This document shows, one piece after another, positions 25,059-36,488 of a stretch of 64,000 nucleotides of DNA. The DNA is taken from contig NW_027266290.1 in assembly GCF_022045235.1 (NCBI RefSeq), positions 1,860,001 through 1,924,000 of the forward strand, given 5' to 3'. Position numbers and translations under genes: made by a program. Positions within the stretch are counted from its first letter, which is position 1; each line of letters starts with the position of its first letter. This DNA comes from Haliotis cracherodii. Lineage: Eukaryota. The notes under the pieces are model-generated. The model searched no databases, had not been told where the DNA came from, and was given only the letters and a program-made list of their open reading frames with translations.

Positions 25059-25460
25059 AGTGAGTGAGTGGGTGAGTGGTTGGTTGGTTGAGTGGGTGGT
25101 TGTGTGGTCGAGTGGGTGGTTGTGTGGTTGAGTGGGTGGTTGTGTGGTTGAGAAGGTGGTTGAGTTGCTGGTTTGTTGATTGAGTGGTTGAGAAGGTGGT
25201 TGAGTTGGTGGGTGGTTGGTTATGGGGATGGTTGATAAGGCGGTTGAGTTGGTGGTTGGTTGAGTAAGTGGTTGGTTGAGTGGGTGTTTGGTTATGGGGG
25301 TGGTTGATAAGGCGGTTGAGTTGGTGGTTGGTTGAGTGAGTGGGTGGTTGAGTGGGTGGTTGAGTGATTGAGAAGGTGGTTCAGTTGGTTGTTGGTTGAG
25401 TGAGTGGTTGGTTGAGTGATTGAGAAGGTGGTTGAGTTGGTGGTTGGTTGAGTGGGAGGT
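25059..25460. repeat. ~400-bp GT-rich degenerate (GAGT/GGTT)n array contiguous with a SINE tail
   Basis: Low-complexity array directly abutting the 3' end of a minus-strand family B SINE. Confidence 0.9.
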
Positions 25461-25579
25461 TTTAGCAATATTTTAACAATGCCATGGCGAGGAACACCAG
25501 AAATGGGCCCACATATTATGCCCGTGTGGGGAATTGATCCTGAGCCTTCGGTGTGACGGGCGAATAAATTTACCATTTG

Positions 25580-26092
25580 CCGTGGTCGTCCTTTCATGTA
25601 GGTGGCGTAGTCCAATGTAGTGATCTTGGGCGGGGGTGGTTACTCTTGGTCGTCCCGACCTTGGCCGATCACGTGTTGATCCATGCTGTTGAAACCGATT
25701 CCATAGCCTCTTGATGTGGGCCCTTCATTGAAAACCCTGGCTACAGCTGATCGGGATTCCCCTGCCTGCAAGCGGCCTATGGCGTTGTTTCTTTGCACTT
25801 CTGTTAATCTTGACATGTTGTTGAACTGTCACTGATGCCAGGCAATCACGAACCCTGCACTTTAACGTTCATCGTGCTGCTCCATGGCCCTTTTTGTAAT
25901 GGACTTGGTGCGTTTTTCCGAATCGAACGTGTTTCCCGACTAATGGTTTGCATGTCTTTGTTGTGATCATTTTGATCCGGGAAATTTGTCACTGACACTG
26001 GTCCTCTCTGGGCACTGGGGCACCTCTTGGTCCGCTTATTTTGATTTTATGTCCCAAAATATCCGTATTGCGTTTCTCTTTTTAAAGAGCAT
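25580..26092 (-). mobile_element. Tc1 5' relic (terminus + transposase N-terminus)
   Basis: MSRLTEVQRNNAIGRLQAGESRSAVARVF from the ATG at ~25816. Confidence 0.75.
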
Positions 26093-26589
26093 ATAAAACG
26101 ATTCCACTATCCTGGCTTCTGAAACAGGTGGTTTAAAAATTTGCATTGTTAACTTTTTTTAAATACATATTTAATATAAATTATTAATTTTATTATGCTT
26201 CTATGCATCAATGTTGAGTCTCAGAAAACAATGTTTTTTCATCATTGTTTATGGTAACTTAGAGCAGGTCTCAGAACACATTTAGTTTCATTCTCATTCT
26301 CAACAGTGATTCCATCTCTGCAACAGTGACATACCAGCCATACGGGGTAGCTGTGGACTGAGGCCTATCATGGCAAGGGTGTTTCCACTCCAAAGGTTAA
26401 CTACAGGATTACTTGGGGTCACAGGGTCATGTATCTTTAAAGTAGTCTGTCATGAAAGAGACCGATCATTGAATTGCGAAAGGACACTTACTCTTGCCTT
26501 GATAGCCCAAACAATGGCTGATTCAGCTTTGACAATGCACCTGCTATCTTACGCTTTTGTGAAATTCTCAAATATACTGGCTCGCTATG

Positions 26590-27290
26590 AAGCTCACCTG
26601 CCCACCGACTGTTTTGACGCACCGAGGAAGCCGCCCATTTTTGCTGAAATGGGTGAGAGAGTGAATGAAATGTTTCAGTCTAGATGGGGTTGTGCATGGT
26701 CAAAGGGATCAGGAGAGGCTTATGCACCAGCCCATGACAGCCTGGAGGATCCAGGAAGGGGCCATCCAAACATTGTAGGCTTAAGGCCTTCTGTAGCTTT
26801 AAGGTTTCCTGTAGGAGGTCTTAAACCTACAGAGGTCTTAAAGGGGAAGTGTATATTTGACCAATACCCTAGGGTGCATGGGGCTGTATAAAAGCTTACC
26901 TGGCAAGCTGGCAGAACCTCTGATGTACACATTGACCTCCTCCTTGACACGCTGAGGAAGCCGTCCATTTTAGTTGAAATAGGAGAGAGAGTGAATGGAA
27001 TGTTTCAGTCTAGATGGGGTTGTGCATGGTCAAAGGAATCAGGACATGACATGACAGCCTGGAGAGTCCAGGAAGGTACCCACCAATCATTGTAGGCTTA
27101 AGGCCTTCTGTAGCTTTAAGGTTTCCTTTAGGGGGTCTTAAACCTTCAGAAGTTCTTAAGTCTGCACACAAGTATTTTAGAAAAGACAGAGAGAGAAAGA
27201 AATGATATTTGACCAACACCCTAGGGTGCATGGGGCTGAATGAAGCTCACTTGGCAAGCTGGCAGAACCTCTGAGGTGGACAGTGACTGT
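26590..27290 (+). repeat. Direct repeat of ~300-350-bp units (two units plus the start of a third)
   Basis: AAGCT.ACCTG.. at ~26590, 26892 and 27243; GAGGAAGCCG.CCATTTT..GTCTAGATGGGGTTGTGCATGGTCAAAGG is shared. Confidence 0.85.
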
Positions 27291-28299
27291 CGCCTTTTTG
27301 ACAGTTCTTCCGTTTTTGGTAACAGACAAATGCTCAGTAATGATCAGTAATTAGCCAAATGTTTAATTTATAAATGTAAATTCAATTTGAAAAATATATA
27401 TAAACAGATTTTATGGAAATGAGGCATCAGATAAGATATTGTTTGAAGATAAAAGTTGTGTCACTTGATTACCTTGGATTGTATGCAATACATTTTACTT
27501 CAGTTTTGTTATATGTTTTACATGTATGTGGACGATTGTTAAGCAGTATAGAATGAATGAAATTGTTGTGTGGATGTGTGGTTGAAAATGGGAAAAAATC
27601 AGAATCACTGTTCATATGGTTATTTTTATCCAGAAAGAGGATTGCACATTTCTGAACCTCTGTCTCTCAGACACATAAGAAAGGAAACCAACTCAACTCT
27701 CGAATGATTTGTCCTGATTGCTTCAGTCCTGGGCCTGATTAATAAACATTGTTCTAGGCGCCATATAATATAAGCATGATAACTCTTTTTCTGGGATAAC
27801 ATGTTAATTAACTCCCTGGAATCTTATCAGGGTGTCGGAAATTAAAAAAATTACAGTTGCAAAATATCTTATAGTTGACCTTCTTTTGCCATACGCAGAA
27901 ATTGCTTTGCTCTTGCATATAACAAATAGAGAAAGATGTATTGTATAAGTATGGAGTTGGGTGACAAGAGGTTTTAGCTGTTTTGGGGAATGAATTGCTG
28001 TGGAAGTAATAGCAAAGACATGTCAATGGTTCGAGCAGGGCTACTGTGCTTCACTGAATGTTTCGGAGAAAGGCGAGTTGGGTTGACTCTGTAATTCGCG
28101 TAACTTTCGATCTGTCCGAAGTCGAGACTCGCAAATACAGCACAGCACAATCTTCAAAGACACATACACTACATGTTATATACCTGAAGTGAGTGACACA
28201 TCGTATCACGCAATGACAGCCGAGACAGCGATGCGTTCGTTAGACGTCAACCAGCTTTGCGGAAGATTGTGCCACGTGATCACATAAGCTCCTCCCATT

Positions 28300-29600
28300 G
28301 TAGACTTTAGACCATTGTAGGTTTAAGGGCAAAACATACGTCCTTGGCTTTACCGATCTTGACGATGCATTGATCTATTCTTGGTATTGGATAAGAGTCA
28401 ATTTTGGAAACAGCGTTCACACGTTTTATATTTGTACAACATTTGTAACTACCATCAGGTTTCGGCACTATGACTTGGTTCAATAATGTCATTGTCCAGC
28501 ATGTATTGAATCTCCTTCTTCAAAGCTTCAAGCTTAATTGGATTCATTCGGTAGGGATGTTGTTTCACGGGCAGAGCGTCACCTGCATCTACATCATGGC
28601 ACGATCCGTGAAGATCCGGGGTAGAATAGGTCTTCAGCAACCCATGCTTCCCGTAAAAGGCGACTATGCTTGTCGTAACAGGCGACTAACGGGATCGGGT
28701 GGTCAGGCTCGCTGACTTGGTTGGTGCATGTCATCGATCCCAATTGCGTGGATCGATGCTCATGATATTAATCACTGGATTGTCTGGTCCGGACTCGATT
28801 ATTTACAGACCGCCGTCGTATAGCTGGAATATTGTTGAGTGCGCCGTTAAACAAGAAACCAAACCAAACCAAACATCATGACACACTCAATCTGTATGGC
28901 CAGGTACATCCGTGAACAAGTAGGCAAACTCTTGAATTAACTCTAACCCTAACACTCTGACATTTGAGAATTTTGCTCAGATGAAAAATGACTTAACTTA
29001 GCATCCAAATATGCTAAAACTTCAGACTTGTGTAGCTTAGGGCTAGCATAGTCAGCTCTGCCATCAAACTTTTCGAAGGCTGAATCTGATACAATATTTC
29101 CAGGAGAAACGGTGGCAACACATGTTTCTAAACATATTGACATGACAAAGCTGTGTCTTTTTACGACGGCCTGGGGTTTGTACAACATAGACAGTGTCAC
29201 TGACTTTTCTATCAATAACATATGGACCATGGTACCTAGATTGCCTGTAATGGTTGACCAGGGATTGGCAAAAACATTAAACCTTTATCGCCGCAAATTA
29301 GGCCCCAAAAAGGAAGGGAATTCAAACCCAAATGATCTGCCAAAGGAGTTTCATGTGCCAAGCTCAAAACATGTGTTTGATGTGAATTTGGAAGGACAAT
29401 CTTATGAAAAATCATCCATTCATTATCTGCAGGAACATCTAGCGGCCTCCATTTCCTCATCAAAACTCTATCCTTGAAATAATAGCAAACTGGAACATTT
29501 CTTCTTTCCCCTGTAACGACCCAGAACTGGTTCCTCATCAGCCAAATTGTCAGAAATTTGAGCACTTTCCTTCCTGTTTCAAGTCTTAGCAAAAGACATA
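28300..29600 (-). mobile_element. Internally deleted Ty3/Gypsy relic with integrase upstream of RT (Gmr1-like order)
   Basis: On the minus strand, 5' to 3': VLMRKWRP..LAHETPLADHLG (IN zinc-binding), PGQPLQA / LCHVNM (IN C-terminus), then CHDVDAGDALPVKQHPYRMNP and VPKPDGSY..VNAVSKIDSYPIPRID (RT). Confidence 0.8.
28603..28872 (+). mobile_element. SINE-like family A copy inserted in a Gypsy relic
   Basis: TSD ACATCATG(G/A)CAC at 28591-28602 and 28873-28884; interrupts the RT reading frame. Confidence 0.9.
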
Positions 29601-30381
29601 GGAGTATGTTACGGCCACTTCATTCACTTAACAATGAGGTTGATGAGGTTAAAATAAGGTATTGGTTAAAATAAACTTATAAAGTATTGGTTAAATAAAA
29701 GTTATTCGACGACATTGGTCATATTACCTGGGTGGCATCACCTCATCTTCTGACATTTTACAGACAAAGTGATAGTAGTTTTGAGGGATTAAAAGGGAGA
29801 TTTATGAGAACAACGGGCGAGAATTGTGAGGAGTCCTCTATCTGCACAGCCAAGAACTGGAGACCCAACTCGACCCAGGTTAAACAGGTAAAAATCTCAA
29901 GGTCTATGCAGTTCGAGCAATACTGCTGTGTGAAGTGGATTTCTTGGAGTATATTATGAGAATAGTATTGCACTACACAGGACCCAATGATAAATCTATT
30001 GGTCCAGGGCATTTAGTAGTCTGTCTCACAGTCCCTGAACTATCTTATTTCACCTCCCGTCCACCCAGCCTTTACTGTAATGTTATAACCTTAAATGAAG
30101 CAAGTCTAGGTTTGCCACAGGTTTTTAATCTATAAACGCGCTGGGTCTTCTTTTCATTTTAAATGTAGTTGCTTATTTCCATCAATACTATTTTTTCAGA
30201 GACTAAGCGTTAGTCTAGGCATTCAGCCGTGATTTAACTTCATACATTAGCATTAAATTTTAATAATAAATTTATCCTTTTGCGCTACTATAATAGTCAA
30301 TCCAGTCAATCTGTAATTGCAACAGAAACAATTTCTGAAATCAGAATACATTTAAGTTACACCAGGGACCATCAAATAGAA

Positions 30382-31411
30382 TTTTATCACATAAATAGAG
30401 GTTATCACGCGAGTGTGTTTGGGGATGGTAAATATCCTGCATTAGGAATAAACATTGTATTTAGCGAGCCTTGGCGAGCAAAATACATAGTGTTTATTCC
30501 TAATACAGGATATTTACCATCCCTAAACACACAAGCGTGATAACCTCTTTATTATATAATGTCATTCTTCAGTTCTGTGCTTGAAAATCGCTTCCCCTCA
30601 CTCACAAACATTACTTAAACATTGCGAGTTTTCCTGGAATGCGCGCATTAATATTTTTTACGTCACAGGGTAGGTGATGTGTCAGTCGGACAGTGACATT
30701 AGCCAATATAGTTCAAACTGAAATCTGTTTCTTATACAGTGGCGAAGCAACATATACGCAAAACAACAATTGTTTTTACTTGCCTTTCGCGACAATCCAT
30801 CGGTCTGTCCGCTAGAGTAACTGCCCTTTGTCAAAGGGAAGCTACTCTAACCCTAGTCTATGAGACATCACGGCCAGTGATTGTTCACAGTCGGCCTGTT
30901 CTGTCATAACGTTAAGAAGTGTAGTCAGATGTATACACAGCGCCAAAACGAAACAAGGTAACAATTCATACATATTTCGCCTAAACCCAACTATTTTTAT
31001 TTGTGGAAAAGGTTTCAAGCCGCAGAGGTCTACAAGCACAGATATGGCTTCTGATCCCGCTTGGCTAGGCCTAGTGCCCTCGGAAAATTGTTTCGAAATT
31101 TATATCTCCAAAGTTGCCCAAACTTATAAAATGCCTTAGTTACGTCGCAGTTCGACACTGACTTTCAGTATATAAGACTGTTTTTTTTAATAATTGTATC
31201 AATTATCCCTGTAGTTTATCCAGATTCACGATGGTTAATTATGACTCGATCGCCGAATGACAAGTGCGACGCCATGTTTGTTTATAAACACTGAAAGTAG
31301 TCCCTACTTGACCTTTGATATTTGCATCTCTATCCGCATATGACCCCAACGGATATCGTTTTTATCCGTTGGCTTTATCCTGCCGAGAAACTTACCCATT
31401 ATATGATAAAA
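30382..31411. mobile_element. Non-autonomous element with 13-bp inverted termini and a long subterminal hairpin
   Basis: TTTTATCACATAA / TTATATGATAAAA termini; near-perfect ~66-bp-arm hairpin at 30397-30548. Confidence 0.6.
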
Positions 31412-33290
31412 GTAGTTACATATATTAAAAGTCTAGAAATATCTAATGAGGGAATTTTTCGATTAAAATTTTCAACATAATGCTGAAAAGTATGGCGCGA
31501 ATGGGCCACCCTACATGTAGAGGGAGATAAATCCTTACGATGTGAAGCCGACGAAGTTTGTTTACCTTGTGATTCGGCTCTTATGATATTAATTTCAAAA
31601 CAATTCAAAACTAAACATAAAATGAAACAAACACATATTTGGGAATGTCGTAGTATGTATGATCGCCAGACCATGTGTTCGTCTGCTAGCCGTGATATTG
31701 CTGGAATATTGCTAAAAGCGGCGTAAAACCATACTCACTCACTCGTCTGGTAGCGATACGAATCATACTGAGAAAAAGGCGATTAACGGGATCGGGTGGG
31801 CAGGCTCGCAGACTTGGTTGATGCATGTCATCGTATCCTAATTGAGTGGATCGATGTTCATGATGTCAATCACTGGATTGTTTGGTCCAACTGGATTATT
31901 TACAGACCGCCGTCATACAGCTGGAATATTGCGGAGTGCGGCGTTAAACAACAAACAAACAAACGAATCATACGACAGCTTCGTTCTGCATACAAGTTTT
32001 CACAAGCGCATTGGTCGAAATCGTCCAGTTGGGATTTGATAACAGGGCGATTTCGCGACTTGTTTCGGCAAATAAAACTACTCTCATCTTTGTCACGGGG
32101 ATACCTTCTGTTCTGCTGCTCTTTAAGGTAGACACAGATAGACCAGTGGCAATTGTAGCTTTAGACAATGCTTGAGAGTTATTTGTACAGTCTTTCTCCA
32201 TGTAATTTATTACATTGTTTGCCAATTCTCGATCTTGAGAATGTATGATCTCATCATGCTTACCTAGCTTTGACATCTTTATTTGTTTGTAATCAACCTC
32301 TATCAAACGTCCCCGATTATGTTTCTAGGTTTGTCAGCACCAGTCCCGTGCTCATGGGTTTCACCGAAGTGGTAAACGTCTGAGACCTGCATCACTTCGA
32401 GCTTTCCTCCCAAATTAAGCTGACAAGCCGTGATATAACTGGAATACTGTTAAAAGCGGCGTTAAACCCAACTCACTCACTCACTATCAAACGTCTTTAG
32501 AGAATTCTGGTATCGACTTGTCACACTGATCTCTTAAGTCTTATGAGCAACACGTGTGTCAACGGGAGTGAATGACCCGCATCTGCACGACGTGCGTACA
32601 CACTCTCCTACATGTAACAAAACAAATATGTTTGCCCAAATTCTGTGCACCCATACTTGTCTCAACCGCGTTTTTGGAGTTGGTTCAACTTATCCTGGTT
32701 TACCAGTTGTGTCAAAAACATGGTTTAACATGAAAGAAATTGTAATATTGTTTTAAACATGCCAGTGTTGATTAAACACTTTCGGGCAATTACATTATTA
32801 TAAAATTTAATCTGATCAACAAACAATTTGCGGCCGTTTTGATGCAACGCATCAAAGTTTGCTTGTTATCAATTTGTAACCATAAATGACACATATCACA
32901 TATTTCTTAAAAAAACGATGCAATGTGACGTCATGTCGCTTCAACTTAACCGCTAAAATGCAAATATCGGTCTATTTCTTCCCATACGTGTAACATGAAT
33001 CGATTTTTGAAATTTAATGGGCGAACCGTGATTCGAACCAACGATGATAGAAACTGGCGTGCCTAAGAGACACAACTCTGCGCTGCGAATTGCCGCGCCT
33101 GAGAAGACTGGGCCACCCCTGCCCCCATAACACATACAATCCGAGGGATATCAAGGTTTTATGTCATCGTTCTTTACAATCAGCAAATCAGCAATCAATA
33201 TCTGATCGTACTCGTTGTCGTGTCACTTCATTCATATTCTAAACTGCTGGATCTGTTATCGGAATACGTTTTGTTGTTATTCTTTTACAG

Positions 33291-33409
33291 GGTACAAAAC
33301 GTCGGAACACCGGTTCGCCTGTACACGATAAAGTTTCATATTTCTTTATAAAGGTGCTGCTGTCTGTACCACAAACTCGCAATCAATTCGGAACAGCTGC
33401 TGATCTCAG
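33291..33409 (+). other. Candidate non-coding 5' exon of sulfotransferase paralogue 1
   Basis: Strong acceptor (TTATTCTTTTACAG|) and donor (CAG|GTAAGT). Both SULT ATGs sit 6 nt after an acceptor, so upstream UTR exons are expected. An analogous donor for paralogue 2 lies at ~47811 (CTG|GTAAGT). Confidence 0.35.
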
Positions 33410-33499
33410 GTAAGTGGCAACTATGTACATGTGTCATCTTGATTCATTTGCAAATTTTATTTGACTTCTAAACGAACGAAACTTCTTAACAGTCAGTCG

Positions 33500-33676
33500 G
33501 AGGGTGGGGGTGGGGTGGGGTGGGGTGGGGTGGGGTGGGTTGATGTATTTACTGATTGGCATAAACCACATATGTATGACAGGCATAAACCACATATGTA
33601 TGACAGGCATAAACCACATATGTATGACAGGCATAAACCACATATGTATGACTGACATAAACCACATATGTATGAC
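33500..33676 (+). repeat. (GGGGT)n run followed by a 24-bp tandem repeat x5
   Basis: GGGGT repeats at ~33500-33540; AGGCATAAACCACATATGTATGAC at 33557-33676. Confidence 0.95.
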
Positions 33677-34012
33677 CAGAGACACCAACTGCACTAGCTG
33701 CATGGTATACCAGCAGAAGATCAATGTGTTATATGGCATGTAGATGTCTTTCTTTCAACTCGTGTATATTGGTCGGTGTAACACTGACCCAGTTAGGATT
33801 CAAAATGGCGCAGTTTGGATTGTGAAAGAATATACCCCGAAACGTTGTGTTCCTCGTAATAAAGAAGGTGACATCGATAAATTCTCTCTTATGTGTGTCA
33901 CGTCTAAATGTCATTTAGAGACTTCTTATTTTATCGTTTTGACTAGTTTCAACAACAACAACAATAAATATACTGTTATTGATCATTCATCACTTGATTG
34001 TCTGGTTTGTTT

Positions 34013-34506
34013 CAATTTCATTAAAATCAGATCTTAGTTCTCGCTATCGTTAAACAAAGATCTGAGGACATCCCAGAAGGGGTCACGTCAGAACGACCTT
34101 TATTCCAACCAATCACAGCGTCGCTTACCAGATCATGAAAGTGACAGTCGGAATGTGTTTTCTAATCATGCAACCACGATATATTTAACACGGGGTATTC
34201 CGAACAGGTTATATGGTTTTATGATTATATCCATACCATCTATGCCATCTATAAGCCATTCCAGAATGTTCTTCTTATCAGTTTTAAAGTTTAAATCGGG
34301 AATACGTCAAAATATGTTTCGAAGCGTAGTCGCCAGTTTGAAACTAGTGTCGTAAAGCTCGAGAAAGTTGCCTTCAGATTGGCCAATGTCGATTTCTTGT
34401 CAGTCATTTGACTGGTCGGTCAAAATTCGCGAAAGGCCGTTCTGACGTGACCCGTAATGGGCGTAATAGCGGTAGCGAAAACTAAGATCTGATTTTAATG
34501 AGATTG
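34013..34506. mobile_element. Mutator-like MITE, same family
   Basis: Same TIRs; 9-bp TSD GGTTTGT(T/C)T. Confidence 0.85.
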
Positions 34507-35064
34507 GGTTTGTCTACATGCAACCGTCACATGGCTGTAGTACTGCAGTGCTGCGTCAAGCAATAAATACTTAATTTGTTTATGCAAATTGTATAAATGG
34601 CGGGTGCTACCGTAGGACAGGACATGCTTACCCTTTTCGCGAACACCTGGTGTCATTTTCAGTGGTCAATTCATATACTTGCCATAGCTACTTTGTCCTT
34701 TACGCCAAATGGCATCGGCGGATAATCTTGACTGGTTATTCTCTTGCATAGACAATGTAACTATTTGAAATGTTGACATCATCCTTCAATATAATCATCA
34801 ATCATATCAGTCAATCTACACTTTTATGACGTGGAGTGGCTTACTGGTGGGGCGAATATGCTCACCTTTTCGCAAACACCTGGTGGCATCACTATTTGAT
34901 AGTGATTCATAACCACATGCTCATGATATAGTCGAAATCGAACAATCGACTGTGCTTTTGGCTGCGATTTTTTATGAATATGGAAAAGGTTTTGTAGCTT
35001 TTAATAAAGTAATTAATACTATCTACGCTGCATTGTGCTGTCATTAAACAGCTCACACTATTAA

Positions 35065-35333
35065 GACCCGTGAAGATCCGGGGTAGAATAGGTCTTCAAC
35101 AACCCATGCTTGCCGTAAAAGGCGACTATGCTTGTCGTAAAAGGCGACTAACGGGATCGGATGGTCAGGCTCGCTGACTTGGTTGATGCGCGGTCATCGA
35201 TCCCAATTGCGTGGATCGATGTTCATGATATCAATCACTGGATTGTCTGGTCCAGACTCGATTATTTACAGACCGCTGTCATATAGCTGAATATTGCTGG
35301 AGTGCGGCGTTAAACAACAAATCAACCAACCAA
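35065..35333 (+). mobile_element. SINE-like family A (no tRNA head), full-length copy; ~20 copies or fragments in the window
   Basis: 12-bp TSD TCACACTATTAA (35053-35064 / 35334-35345); 3' end GCGGCGTTAAAC + (CAAA/CCAA)n. Other copies: 3570-3834(-), ~14308-14572(-), 28603-28872, ~37893-38156(-), ~47175-47418(-), ~50102-50330, 52471-53190, ~55384-55533, ~55778-56003, ~62755-62995(-). Confidence 0.92.
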
Positions 35334-35920
35334 TCACACTATTAAACATGTCTGCCTGAATGCATTTGCAAGCTCTTTATCAATCACGAGTTTTATCAAA
35401 ACGTTTACAGTTGTCTTCAGAAAACACCACTGTTTATGACCAACATGTTTTACATTGCTGCGAATCATCCGTATATGTTTATACAGTCGAACATCGTTGT
35501 GTCGAATTCCGGTATTACAAAAACTCGGTTGTGTCGAACTGATTTTCCGTTCCTTCGATAGTTATGATTTGATCTGCGGTACATCGAATCGGATGTGTGG
35601 AATGTTCGGTTATTTTATACAACATTTCCCTGATATGTTTAAGTGGAAATGTTGTTATTGTTTTATTCTAGTATTAAAAGCTAACGTAATATTTTTTGCT
35701 GGTTAACTTAAATTGTTTTCAACTGTAATCTATTGTACAATATCGTTCATTTACGTTGTGAATTGATCCCAAGCGGTCTTCCTGGTGTAAGAGGCAATTT
35801 ATTGGATCGGGAAGTCAGGGTAGGGGATTAATTGTGTGTAACAGAACCCCGAGGAAGATCGTTGCTTTTAATATTAATCACTGGTTTGTCTCATCCTGGC
35901 TCGATCTCTTACAGAACGCG

Positions 35921-36090
35921 GGGCGGTCGGGTAGCCAAGTGGTTAAAGCGTTCGCTCCTCACGCCGAAGACCCGGGTTCGATTCCCGACATGGGTACAAT
36001 GTGTGAAGCCCATTTCTGGTGTCCCCCGCCGTGATATTGCTGGAATATTGCTAAAAGCGGCGTAAAACCATACTCACTCACTCACTCACT
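35921..36090 (+). mobile_element. Short tRNA(Asp-like)-derived SINE, family B
   Basis: A-box TAGCCAAGTGG, B-box GGTTCGATTCC, (ACTC)n tail, TSD ~TTACAGAACGC; nested in a degenerate family A copy. Other copies: ~1895-2053, ~12611-12769, ~25460-25580(-), ~40293-40460(-), ~43091-43215. Confidence 0.9.
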
Positions 36091-36488
36091 TACAGAACGC
36101 CCTCATCATATGTAATGTGGCTGGATTATTGTTGAATGCAGCGTTAAAGATCAAACAAATCAAGTAATCAGATGCATCGAACAATTGGATAAGACAAACT
36201 TATTCTCAGGATCATTTTAGTTCAACACAATAAAGACCAAATGAACTGGGAAACACTTGCTTGCATATAAGGAGGGGTCACGAAATACATGTATTAAGCT
36301 TTAAGACACGTGAGAATTATAAGAATTCACGATTTCCCATAGCTAGTCGACTATATTGGTCAGGTGACACTGTGACCTGGCCGAGTGTTTGCCTGTGAAA
36401 CTTTATATGCAGTAGTGTTTCATGAGACATCGCTAGACTTGAACTACACTACCGTGCATTAATAACCCCCTCTCTGTGACAGTTGAGG

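Noticed and set aside
31968-32306. 112-aa minus-strand ORF as a host gene
   Set aside because: It resembles a transposase N-terminal HTH relic (HSQ.RE..NV..Y, ATGLSVSTL) and abuts SINE fragments; too weak to call.
25292-33743. Repetitive ORFs such as 25292-25615 (T/Q/P-rich) and 33434-33743
   Set aside because: They are translations of simple or tandem repeats, open in several frames, with no splice or domain support.
22620-34900. Recurrent motif GTG(C/T)TACC..CAGGACATG(C/T)TTACCCTTTTCG (~22640, ~34600, ~34850; reverse at ~6265 and ~17003)
   Set aside because: Clearly an old interspersed repeat, but too degenerate to delimit or classify from the sequence alone.
35921-35990. Functional tRNA genes at the A/B-box motifs (also ~1900, 22003, 23655, 40400)
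   Set aside because: No proper acceptor stem; each continues into a SINE body, tail and TSD.
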